Position numbers and translations under genes: made by a program
In this document: in pieces, positions 1 to 9,065 of the stretch
How the letters are laid out: each line of letters opens with the position of its first letter
Position numbering within the stretch: the stretch's first letter is position 1
NCBI GenBank assembly: GCA_018260615.1
Contig: JAGWDQ010000009.1
Coordinates: 1 to 15,018, forward strand
DNA from: Candidatus Altarchaeum sp.
GTDB taxonomy: Archaea; Altiarchaeota; Altiarchaeia; Altiarchaeales; Altiarchaeaceae
Length of the DNA stretch: 15,018 bases
Direction of reading: 5' to 3'
Notes under the pieces: model-generated
What the model was told of the DNA's origin: nothing
The model's database searches: none
The model's input: only the letters and a program-made list of their open reading frames with translations

Positions 1-72
1 GACACAATGCATCGGATGTTTTAAATTACCTATACAATTACAGCGAGCAGAGAACCCAGGAAATGTGCAAGG
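1..72 (+). repeat. Near-identical intragenic direct repeat, copy 1 (truncated by window edge)
   Basis: 1..72 matches 295..366 at 69/72 nt (mismatches at 56, 60, 61). Offset 294 nt = 98 codons, in frame. Confidence 0.97.
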
Positions 73-3000
73 TTGCAGTTATAAACGGAACCGTAACGGC
101 AGATGAAACAACGGATGACTGTTCCGGACCACAAACAGCTGCGGTAAATGTAAAAGTTGAATTAATAAATGCATCATCAGCAACAGGAGCGGTTGTAAAA
201 TCAACATTTACAAACAGTTCAGGTAAGTTTAAATTCGTAGATATTCCCGAAGGCGACTATACTTTAAAATACTCAAGATCAGGGCTGATTCCAAGACACA
301 ATGCATCGGATGTTTTAAATTACCTATACAATTACAGCGAGCAGAGAACTCAGCCAATGTGCAAGGCGTGTTCCGTAACAGTTCATATTAACGATACAAT
401 CGTAAACAACCTACAAAATGTAAGAGTTGACTTAATAAAACTTGGAAATGTAATTTACGAAACAAAATATACGGATGCCAATGGCAATGTGTCATTCTCA
501 AATATTCCAGATGGGGACTATTATGTAAAGGCAAGCAAGTATCAGTACTTAACCTACATTGGAAACCTATCTCACTATAACGAAACAGAGTGTGAAATTT
601 ATTCTCTTACTTTGGATAAAGCGTGTATAATGAACATAAATGTAACTGACAATGCCAGTAATCCGATAGAAAATGCCCAGGTTAAATTATTCGCTGAAAA
701 TGGCACCTTAATAACATTAAGATATACAAATGCAAACGGAACAGTACAAATTTCCGGAATTCCGACAGGAAATTATTACGCAAATGCCACAAAATCGGGA
801 TATACAACAGCAAGTAGCATTGATAATGGTTTACAATTCTACAGCGAGGAAACATGTGGAGATATTGTGCTTAAAATTTCATTGAAGGAAACGGTAGAAG
901 TATGCGTAAATGATACAAATAACAATCCGCTTCAAGGCGTTAAAGTTGATGTGATCAGAGTAGCAGACAACCAAATTGAAAAAACATTATATACAAACGC
1001 AACGGGATGTGTGATATTTAATAACATTCCTGATAACAACTATTATATTAATGTTTCCAAACCAGGGTATGTAAGCGATAAGAGTGATACATTTACATAT
1101 TCGGAAACACAGGGATACTTTAAGCCATTCCAGCTTCTTGAGAAGCCAACTATTAGCGGAACAGTTACGGATGCGGCAACTAACCATACAGTTAAAGGCG
1201 TTTTGGTGCAATTATGTGATTTAACCGGAACATGCATTATGAATACAACAACTGATATCAATGGGACATATAAATTGGTTGAACTTCCGGAAATGGGACA
1301 ATATAAGCTTGTATTTAGCAAATTTGAATATAATACAGAAGAGGTTGACAACGCTGATGGAAATCCGATAAATTTGGATGGACTTGCCTCTTATGAAATA
1401 AATGTCTCTCTTGGACAGAAACCAAATATAGATGGTTATGTTGATACAAATACAACAACTCACATTAAGTATTTGGAAGGAGTTACTGTTCAGTTAGATA
1501 GAAATTGTAATGATGTTGCAGACAATGTAACCACAACCGATGCAAACGGATATTATGTATTTGTTGCCCCCGCTGCCGGCGATTATAAACTTAAATTTAT
1601 AAAGCAGGGATACCTTGTAGGAGAATCAAATTGCACAAATTTCAATGCATTTAATCCGCTCGAAATTAATATGACTCTTGATAAAGCACCGTCAATAGAC
1701 GGTTATGTAACTAATCAAAACAATAAGACAATTAAAGGAGCAATTGTAACATTAGATAAGGACTGTGATGGAACAATTGAAAATACAACAACAACAGATG
1801 TTAATGGATATTATATATTTGAAAGTCCGGAAGCACCGCCGTCAGGAGTGAAATATTGTATAAATGCAGAAAAAACAGGATATATCTCTCCGGAAATGCC
1901 TTCCAATATTACATTCTCAAATGCACCGTATGAGGTTAATATTTCACTTACCTTGAAACCATCAATCTATGGTTATATTACAGAAGAAGACAATATCACC
2001 CCAATTCAGGGGGCAGAGGTTGTTCTGGATAAAGAATGTAATGGAATTGATAATTCAGATGCTCATCAAATGACTGACAATTCAGGATTTTTCATATTCC
2101 AGCAGCCAGATCCAGGACAATATTGTATAAATGTCTCAAAGGCAGGATATGTTTCAAATGGAGCCGCTCCACCAGAAGTGCCATTTTTTGATGGAACATC
2201 TGAACTCGAAGTAAATATTTCATTAGCAAAGTCATCTGTAAAAGCGAAAATCTACGGTCACATTTATGACAATGAAACAAACGCTCCAATTCAAAATGCA
2301 CTTGTTGAATTATATGCAAACTGCACCACAAACATGGTTTCCATAAATTCAACTTATACCGATGTTAATGGATATTATGAATTTACTCCACAACAAGGAG
2401 ATTACTGTGTAAAGGTTAGCAAAGCAGGATATAATTCCGAAGAAGAAAATTTTGCGACAGACAATGCATTTGGAACATTCACCGGAACATCTAATTTCAT
2501 ATACGACTTTAAATTAGTTAAATTTACAACTCCTTATATAGAGGTCTGTGTGTATGAAGAAAATGCCACGCCTGTTAAGCCATTAAGTGAAGTATTGGTT
2601 GAAATTTATAACGGAAGCAGCATTGTAACAGCAAATAATACTGGAACAAGCGGATGTGTGAGATTTTATAACATTTCAGCAGGGGACTATACAATCAAAG
2701 CATCAAAATCAGGATATGTGTCTAATAATCTTTCAATATCCTATCCGGGGGGAGTAATTGGGGAATATGAAATAAATTTAACAACACCTGGATATATGAA
2801 AATCTGTGTAGTGGATGCTAAAGACAACGAGACGCCGATTATAGGTGCAGAAGTAAATATTTCAACACCCGGAATTGCAAAGAGTAACCTTACAGGGAAT
2901 GACGGTTGTGTAATATTTACAAATATAAGCAGTGCGAATTATACTATTCTTGCTTATCACAAATATTATGAAATAACAACTGAAAGTTGGTTGTATAGTG

Positions 3001-6000
3001 ATGGAGATAGAGCAGATATTAATTTATCTCTTGGTGCCAAAGCATGCAACACAACAGATATAAACGGAAAGGTTGTACAAAATGGAAATCCGGTTGCAGG
3101 GGCAAATGTTACGATAATTGATAACGGCACTGTGATAGCAACAATAATCACAGGCAGCGATGGTGTATATTCCTTTAATGTTCAAAATCCCGGAAATTAT
3201 ACGATTAACATATCATCTGATAATTATACTGCTATAGAACTAAATTTAGAAATTCCTGAAGGCATATGTACTCTTGCCATTTCAGAGGCATACACAGCAG
3301 TAAGACAAAAGCCGGATTGCACTGGTCTTACTAATGCAACTGTTATATACGGATATGTAAAAGATTTAGAAAATATAGGGATTAACGGATCAGCCGTTGT
3401 TGGAGAATTGTCCAATTATACAGGGGGATTGGGAAGCAGTGCTGTTTCATTAACATCAAGACCAAACACAATGACTATCGGTGAAGATGGATATTTTGAA
3501 ATGTTGGTACCTTATGGAAGTTATAATTTAGTTGCATCTTTGTCAGGCGGTTTGTTAGGTATGCAAAAGAATCAGTCAGAACTTATAAATGTGAGCGCAA
3601 CATCGGGATGTCCGGTATATGCAGGAACTATATATTTATCCAAAGAGGTTGAAGTAAGTGTTAATGCAGAAGTTACAAGAATATGTGGTGGAAATACAAC
3701 GCAGGAGATTACCGTAAAGGCAACAGCAGAACTAACAAACGCAAATTTAACTTTGAATTATTCAAACGGAACTACGCAGATATTTGCAATGGATTGTGAT
3801 AAGAAATGTACTAAGAAACTAAGCATTCCCAATGCAGACGGAGGAAATTACTCTTTTGTAATTTCTGATATTGTTGATAAATTTGGAAACAAATATCCGG
3901 ATGCAAACGGAACATTTACAGTTGCTACAAAAATTCCTCAAATTTCGATATCATCACAGTTGCTTGAAGGAAACAATGTGTCTGCAAACATAGTTATAAC
4001 CTCAGAAAACAATATATCAGATATATCCGTTGAAATTTTAAATACAAATAATCAGACATTGAATGTTAATGTAACTATAAATGACAGCAAAGCAAGCGAA
4101 AAGAAATATGTGGCGACATTTAATACAGAAGGTTTAAGCACTTATATTATAAGAGTTAATGTAACTGATTCGTGTGGCAGTAAGGCATCAAAATCAACGC
4201 TTGTCAGGTATGCAGAGGTCTATCCTCAAACGGTGTCATTCTGCGGCGAAGGAAAGTGCTTTGATGGCATGGGTTCGGGGTATGGTGCAGATAACGGACA
4301 AAGAAATGACCTGTTTTCTACAGTATTTTTCAAGAACTCTTCAAAACTCAGTGATTTAACAGGCATTACCGGAAAGAATGTAACAGACGAAATTCCAAGA
4401 GTATGGAGAGAAGCAAGGTCAGTAGTTAATTATAACTCACTTTATTATACTGCTTATGAAGAATGGCAGAATGATATTCCAAAGGTATATGTCAAGGCAT
4501 ACAATTCTGGTACTGATACTTCAACTAAAATTAATATTAATGGATTATCAAATGCAAATGTAAAATCATACAAGCCATATTTACATAGAGGTCCGTATGA
4601 TTGGTTCCTGGCTTATGTTTCAAACGAATCAGATGCGATGGGAGGAGTATATGTAGCAAAATATAACAATAACTTTAACGAGCAGGCAAAAGTATCTATC
4701 GGTGTTGGAACGGATATGCCGGTAGTGACTGTTTGCGGTAGTTATCCTGATGAAAAGGTCTATGTTGCATACCAGTTCTCTGATAACATTTATGTAAAGA
4801 TATATAATTACAACCTTGTATTTTTAGAAGATAAAAACATAACAAATTTCACAGGAGAAGTATTTAGTGCCGAAGCACCGTCTATCTTATGTGGTGGCAA
4901 TACAATTTATTTGGCTTATCAGGTAAATAAAAAACTTCCGGAAACAACAAGAATGGAGTGGGAGTCAAATTTCAAAGATGCAAATGGCGACACAATATGG
5001 GTTTACATGTTGGTAAATAAAACAGAAAACAAAATATTTATTGACAAATATGATATTAACCTGAATTCTGCAACTGGAAGTAACAATGCAACCATTGAAG
5101 TTATAGATAAAAAAGGAGGACAGGGAATTCCGGCAGCAACATTACCTAATATCGTTGCATACGGAAATAACAAATATATTACCTTTATAACCGATAGCGA
5201 CTTATTTATAAGGAAATATACAAGCAGTTTCACGAGCACTACTTTATCTACTGAGGATAGTCAATATTTGGCTTATTTGAATCAGTCAATTTCATCAGTT
5301 TCAAAGCCATTTTCAATTCAGCTTGAATACACAATAAACTGGCAACTGAGAACAGACATGGTAAACAACAGCAAAAACGAAACATTTATGGCAACCGTAG
5401 TAAAAACACAAAGCGGAGACATCATTCATATTAAAAATATTTCCAACGGTAATGTAACTACTGTTCTGAATGAATCCGGAAGTGAGCCGGCCATAAATTA
5501 CTATGATGGAAAGTACTATTTAGCTTATGTAAATAACGGAACAATAATAATTGAGCAATACAATGAGTCAATGAAAGAAACAGGACTAAATGCAACAATA
5601 CAAAATGAAAATGCATCTTCTCCGTCAATAACAATAAAAGATAATGTGACTTATATTGTATATTTATCAAACAAATCCGGAACAATGAATGTATATATGA
5701 ACAAATACAATATGTCGTTAATCTTAAATGAAACAACCAACATAACAAAATTCATTAATACCTCTGATGTCAACCCAACGCCATTCATCAAACCGCAAAT
5801 TTATAATGAACTTGATTATGTCGTCTTTGAAATTTCAAGCAGCAGGCAAATAGGAGTGCCATGGGATCCAAGACCTGAAATTGATATAAATGGTGAAAAA
5901 CTTGAATTTGACGCCAAAGATGGAGTTGTAAATACAAAATTGGCCTTGTGGAAAATAAATTCATCGTTCGGAATAAAAGAAGCGAGCAATATTACAAAGG

Positions 6001-8921
6001 GTATAAATTTTGTTGAAATAAATGTTCCTTTCCATGCAAATTACACTGAAGAGCAGTTGTATGATGAAGTCATAAAACAAAAGCCGAAAATAAGGGGTGT
6101 GATTTCAACATCTTATGGCGTGGATTTGAAAGATGCTGTATCACTTAACTATCCATTAACTGTAACTAATAAAATAGGTGAAGTTTATTATTTAACCTAC
6201 ACACAAGGTAACAATGTTAAATTTATGAAATTTAATTCAACATCAGGAACAGGTGCAAGTTTCAGCGTTGGAAGCGGAAGTCATCCTGCAATTTATTATA
6301 AAGACGGAGTATATGTTGCTTACGAAACAGGAAATAATAAGGTAGTAGTAGCAAAATATGACGAGAACGGAACACCAAAATCGAGCATCACAAGTAATAT
6401 ATCTGCTTATAGGCCATCAGTAACAAGCGTAAATGATAATATTTTTGTAACATATCTTACCCAGGCGGGAGAAGTTAAAGTTACACAATGCGTTTCAAAT
6501 TTAACCAATTGTTCAGATGTAAAAACAATATCTGCAAATATAAGCAATGTTAACACAATTGATGTTCCGCCGCAGCTTGTCTATAAGAACAATTATTTCT
6601 ATGTAATTTATCAGATACTTCAAAATGAAACAAATACAACGACAACACAAAAATTAATAGAAAGCACTTATCAAAATGAACCATTAACATTTACAGAAAT
6701 AATTACAGCAAAGGATATAATATCTATTGCAGAAAGATATACTTCGTCTTGGGAGGATTCAAGTGTCGGAGGGGACTTACTTGATGGTGTTGAATTAGAC
6801 AGAAAAGTAACAACTTATGGGGAAAGTAAAGTTGATAATAATGAGTCATATTACGGCAATAAAGAAGAGTTGGATCAGACCTACGGAGCATGCTCAATCA
6901 ACAATAATAACAATAACTTTATGTACAGCACAACTGTAAGGGATTACTTCAGATACAACCTGCCATCACCTTATATAAATGTAACAACTTCTATAACAAA
7001 TATCTCAAAGATAACAGTAAAGGACTATTCAGGAGAAGAAATAACGCTTGAAAATATAACTACAAATGAGAATGTGACATGCAGTAATGTAAGTGCAACT
7101 GCTCAGAAGTGCAGTATAAAGCTCAGCCAGTTATCCAAATTTAAAGGAGATGAAATAACAAAAGACAAACATTCAAATATATATTCAATTCAGGTAAAGG
7201 TTGAAAATGAAACAACAAGTGAAGAATTTTTAGGAACTATGACAATGGGTGATAATATTTCGCCAACAGTAGATAATGCATCAGTAATTATAAGAAATTA
7301 TGCAACCGGAAACACAACATTGAAGCTTGGTGATATGGCATACATCGCTTTAAATGCGAATGATTCAAATATAGCATTTGTTAGGATTTTTGCATTTGCT
7401 AATTGTACATATTACAATAACGATACAAACATGAATGTTACCGTATCCGGATGGGATATAAACAATCAATGCAAGGAGATAAGGTCGTCATCATTGCTTA
7501 TGGATAAGGATGTGAACAAGAGATTTGACAATTTATTATCACCTTTTGCTCTTCCGGATAAAATAAACGATAAATATAACATTACCTCCTGTAACATAAC
7601 CTTCCAGTTTGCCGTTTGGGATATGTGCTGTAATGTTTATTCCTTCTCTCCGGATCCAAGCAAAAAGAAATACTTTGAATTTTCATTGTTTAATTTGGTG
7701 CGAGAAGGAGCAGGTGCGGGAGAAGGTCCAGGGCCGGGAGGAGTTCCATGTCCAACTTGTTCACAACAACCAACACCAGCAACACCAGCACCAAGCACCG
7801 GAGGTGGCGGAGGTGGCGGACTTACAACATCTCAATTACCCTTAACAGCAACAGAACCAGTAACAACCGAAAAAGGTGTCTTTAGATCAGCAACTATAAC
7901 AAATTACACTTTAAAAGTAGTTAATATAACCGCAATGGAAGAAAACAAATCATTTACAGTCAAAGTTATAAATGAAACATATACTTACAACATAACTTAT
8001 AAGCAAATAAATACAACCAACGGAACAAGATGGGCAGAAGTTAATACATCTTTAGTTAGTAAAGCGGAAATTCCTGTTGAACGTGCAAATGTAGAATATG
8101 CCGAACAAACAGCAGTAACCGGAAGTGACGGAACAACAGTTATTTCAAAAGCAGTGGTTGGAGTTTATGATATAAGGGCAACAAAAGAAGGTGCCGAGGC
8201 AAGAACAACAACAATAGTTGAGCAGGTAAAACCAAAAGCAGAGGAAAGAGAAATTTTAACTATCACATCATTAAAAGGAGACAAAGAAAAGGAAGGAATT
8301 TATGAATTTGAGGTCAGGGACAAAAAAGGAAATTTAGCCGCAAACAGAGAACTTGTCGTCAGATTGCCGGATAATACAACGCAAAAGGTTGTTACAGACG
8401 AACATGGAAGATTCACTCTGACAATTAACCAGTCAGGATACATAACTGTAGAACAGCAGGAATATGCGGATTACACAGTTGAACGTTTTAAATCACATGT
8501 GGAAATAGAAGAACACAGGTTGCCCGATTTATGGATATGGTTTTTATTGTTGCTGCCATTATTGCTACTAATTTATCTGCTCCTGTTCATGATGAAAGGA
8601 AAGGTTGAAATAACAAAGGAAAGAGGAAACGGAAAGGTTGTAATTACTGTAACAAACAAAACACATAAGACACTTGATGCGTGTATGCTTGAAGATATTA
8701 TTCCTCTGGGCTTGCAGGTAGAAACAATTACGCAGGGACTTGAGAAGACCGCAATGGGCGATACTCTGATAATGAATCTTGGTAATTTAAAGAAAGGAGA
8801 AAAAAGAATAGCAGAATATAAAATTGTAAATGCAGAAGGAATTAAAGGAGCGGGTGCGAAGGGACTTCCGGAAGCAAAGGTTGTATGGAGTAATGGCGAG
8901 CAGCGCTCCAAAAATACATAA
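3..8921 (+). CDS. Giant membrane-anchored cell-surface glycoprotein/adhesin (5'-partial; >2,970 aa in window)
   Basis: The frame of the 63..8921 ORF is open from nt 3 (HNASDVLNYLYNYSEQRTQE-MCK), so ATG63 is internal and the start and signal peptide lie upstream. It has repeated ~85-100 aa beta-sandwich modules, very dense N-x-S/T sequons, paired Cys, a Gly/Pro linker and a 22-aa hydrophobic helix near the C-terminus. Stop TAA at 8919-8921. Confidence 0.92.
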   Translation, partial: HNASDVLNYLYNYSEQRTQEMCKVAVINGTVTADETTDDCSGPQTAAVNVKVELINASSATGAVVKSTFTNSSGKFKFVDIPEGDYTLKYSRSGLIPRHNASDVLNYLYNYSEQRTQPMCKACSVTVHINDTIVNNLQNVRVDLIKLGNVIYETKYTDANGNVSFSNIPDGDYYVKASKYQYLTYIGNLSHYNETECEIYSLTLDKACIMNINVTDNASNPIENAQVKLFAENGTLITLRYTNANGTVQISGIPTGNYYANATKSGYTTASSIDNGLQFYSEETCGDIVLKISLKETVEVCVNDTNNNPLQGVKVDVIRVADNQIEKTLYTNATGCVIFNNIPDNNYYINVSKPGYVSDKSDTFTYSETQGYFKPFQLLEKPTISGTVTDAATNHTVKGVLVQLCDLTGTCIMNTTTDINGTYKLVELPEMGQYKLVFSKFEYNTEEVDNADGNPINLDGLASYEINVSLGQKPNIDGYVDTNTTTHIKYLEGVTVQLDRNCNDVADNVTTTDANGYYVFVAPAAGDYKLKFIKQGYLVGESNCTNFNAFNPLEINMTLDKAPSIDGYVTNQNNKTIKGAIVTLDKDCDGTIENTTTTDVNGYYIFESPEAPPSGVKYCINAEKTGYISPEMPSNITFSNAPYEVNISLTLKPSIYGYITEEDNITPIQGAEVVLDKECNGIDNSDAHQMTDNSGFFIFQQPDPGQYCINVSKAGYVSNGAAPPEVPFFDGTSELEVNISLAKSSVKAKIYGHIYDNETNAPIQNALVELYANCTTNMVSINSTYTDVNGYYEFTPQQGDYCVKVSKAGYNSEEENFATDNAFGTFTGTSNFIYDFKLVKFTTPYIEVCVYEENATPVKPLSEVLVEIYNGSSIVTANNTGTSGCVRFYNISAGDYTIKASKSGYVSNNLSISYPGGVIGEYEINLTTPGYMKICVVDAKDNETPIIGAEVNISTPGIAKSNLTGNDGCVIFTNISSANYTILAYHKYYEITTESWLYSDGDRADINLSLGAKACNTTDINGKVVQNGNPVAGANVTIIDNGTVIATIITGSDGVYSFNVQNPGNYTINISSDNYTAIELNLEIPEGICTLAISEAYTAVRQKPDCTGLTNATVIYGYVKDLENIGINGSAVVGELSNYTGGLGSSAVSLTSRPNTMTIGEDGYFEMLVPYGSYNLVASLSGGLLGMQKNQSELINVSATSGCPVYAGTIYLSKEVEVSVNAEVTRICGGNTTQEITVKATAELTNANLTLNYSNGTTQIFAMDCDKKCTKKLSIPNADGGNYSFVISDIVDKFGNKYPDANGTFTVATKIPQISISSQLLEGNNVSANIVITSENNISDISVEILNTNNQTLNVNVTINDSKASEKKYVATFNTEGLSTYIIRVNVTDSCGSKASKSTLVRYAEVYPQTVSFCGEGKCFDGMGSGYGADNGQRNDLFSTVFFKNSSKLSDLTGITGKNVTDEIPRVWREARSVVNYNSLYYTAYEEWQNDIPKVYVKAYNSGTDTSTKININGLSNANVKSYKPYLHRGPYDWFLAYVSNESDAMGGVYVAKYNNNFNEQAKVSIGVGTDMPVVTVCGSYPDEKVYVAYQFSDNIYVKIYNYNLVFLEDKNITNFTGEVFSAEAPSILCGGNTIYLAYQVNKKLPETTRMEWESNFKDANGDTIWVYMLVNKTENKIFIDKYDINLNSATGSNNATIEVIDKKGGQGIPAATLPNIVAYGNNKYITFITDSDLFIRKYTSSFTSTTLSTEDSQYLAYLNQSISSVSKPFSIQLEYTINWQLRTDMVNNSKNETFMATVVKTQSGDIIHIKNISNGNVTTVLNESGSEPAINYYDGKYYLAYVNNGTIIIEQYNESMKETGLNATIQNENASSPSITIKDNVTYIVYLSNKSGTMNVYMNKYNMSLILNETTNITKFINTSDVNPTPFIKPQIYNELDYVVFEISSSRQIGVPWDPRPEIDINGEKLEFDAKDGVVNTKLALWKINSSFGIKEASNITKGINFVEINVPFHANYTEEQLYDEVIKQKPKIRGVISTSYGVDLKDAVSLNYPLTVTNKIGEVYYLTYTQGNNVKFMKFNSTSGTGASFSVGSGSHPAIYYKDGVYVAYETGNNKVVVAKYDENGTPKSSITSNISAYRPSVTSVNDNIFVTYLTQAGEVKVTQCVSNLTNCSDVKTISANISNVNTIDVPPQLVYKNNYFYVIYQILQNETNTTTTQKLIESTYQNEPLTFTEIITAKDIISIAERYTSSWEDSSVGGDLLDGVELDRKVTTYGESKVDNNESYYGNKEELDQTYGACSINNNNNNFMYSTTVRDYFRYNLPSPYINVTTSITNISKITVKDYSGEEITLENITTNENVTCSNVSATAQKCSIKLSQLSKFKGDEITKDKHSNIYSIQVKVENETTSEEFLGTMTMGDNISPTVDNASVIIRNYATGNTTLKLGDMAYIALNANDSNIAFVRIFAFANCTYYNNDTNMNVTVSGWDINNQCKEIRSSSLLMDKDVNKRFDNLLSPFALPDKINDKYNITSCNITFQFAVWDMCCNVYSFSPDPSKKKYFEFSLFNLVREGAGAGEGPGPGGVPCPTCSQQPTPATPAPSTGGGGGGGLTTSQLPLTATEPVTTEKGVFRSATITNYTLKVVNITAMEENKSFTVKVINETYTYNITYKQINTTNGTRWAEVNTSLVSKAEIPVERANVEYAEQTAVTGSDGTTVISKAVVGVYDIRATKEGAEARTTTIVEQVKPKAEEREILTITSLKGDKEKEGIYEFEVRDKKGNLAANRELVVRLPDNTTQKVVTDEHGRFTLTINQSGYITVEQQEYADYTVERFKSHVEIEEHRLPDLWIWFLLLLPLLLLIYLLLFMMKGKVEITKERGNGKVVITVTNKTHKTLDACMLEDIIPLGLQVETITQGLEKTAMGDTLIMNLGNLKKGEKRIAEYKIVNAEGIKGAGAKGLPEAKVVWSNGEQRSKNT
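63..3644 (+). repeat. Array of 13 diverged carboxypeptidase-regulatory-like / Cna-B-type (prealbumin-fold) modules within the giant protein
   Basis: Recurring pattern I-x-G-x-V-x-D...P-I-x-G-A-x-V-x-L...T-x-T-D-x-N-G-x-Y-x-F...G-x-Y-x-I-x-x-S-K-x-G-Y...I-N-x-S-L, counted 13 times. Many units carry Cys pairs (VEVCV..TGCV, DKDCDG..KYCIN, KECNG..QYCIN, ANCTT..DYCVK). Family name assigned by pattern recognition. Confidence 0.8.
295..366 (+). repeat. Near-identical intragenic direct repeat, copy 2
   Basis: GACACAATGCATCGGATGTTTTAAATTACCTATACAATTACAGCGAGCAGAGAAC is identical to 1..55, and the match continues to 366. Confidence 0.97.
4437..6614 (+). repeat. About 12 beta-propeller-blade-like repeats within the giant protein
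   Basis: Repeated P-x-I-x(3-5)-Y-(L/I/V)-(A/T)-Y-x(4-7)-(I/V)-x-(I/V)-x-K-Y-N motif, e.g. APSILCGGNTIYLAYQ, EPAINYYDGKYYLAYV, SPSITIKDNVTYIVYL, HPAIYYKDGVYVAYE, RPSVTSVNDNIFVTYL, PPQLVYKNNYFYVIYQ. Confidence 0.65.
7707..7820 (+). other. Gly/Pro/Thr-rich flexible linker with a CPTC motif
   Basis: Encodes GAGAGEGPGPGGVPCPTCSQQPTPATPAPSTGGGGGGG. Locally GC-rich, with GGAGGTGGC x2 + GGA at 7800-7820. Confidence 0.85.
8529..8594 (+). other. Single transmembrane helix of the giant protein
   Basis: LWIWFLLLLPLLLLIYLLLFMM (22 hydrophobic residues) followed directly by KGKVEITKER, consistent with positive-inside. Confidence 0.9.
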
Positions 8922-8977
8922 ATATCTATGCAAATATAAGCAGATATACATAAAAAAGGCGTTAAGTAGTCATTAAA

Positions 8978-8998
8978 TTTTTTTATTTTTTAATTTTT
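8978..8998 (+). terminator. Putative archaeal oligo-T terminator after the giant gene
   Basis: TTTTTTTATTTTTTAATTTTT about 55 nt after the stop codon. T-tracts are common in this AT-rich DNA, so support is modest. Confidence 0.45.
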
Positions 8999-9065
8999 AA
9001 ATTTCATTCTTTAAATTTAGTTATAAAATTCTAATTTATCCCTGTTTATAAAACATCTTGTTAAA

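Noticed and set aside
63-65. ATG63 as the start of the giant protein
   Set aside because: The frame is open to nt 3, the upstream codons repeat an internal module junction, and no signal peptide follows ATG63.
1-366. 72-nt repeat as a CRISPR array or a DGR template/variable repeat pair
   Set aside because: There are only two copies, both in frame within a CDS. The repeat is too long for CRISPR and has no spacer series. The three mismatches (C/T, G/C, A/C) are not adenine-specific, and there is no reverse transcriptase in the window.
6900-6917. Poly-Asn run (NNNNNN) as a contingency microsatellite
   Set aside because: Mixed AAC/AAT codons over only 18 nt in an Asn-rich protein. Any slippage would stay in frame.
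987-8911. Short ORFs overlapping the giant gene (987-1211, 1043-1351, 1221-1463, 2092-2352, 2966-3151, 3224-3415, 4174-4359, 5003-5239, 5458-5748, 7609-7845, 8573-8911)
   Set aside because: They are antisense or off-frame shadows of a long, coherent CDS and show no recognisable motifs.
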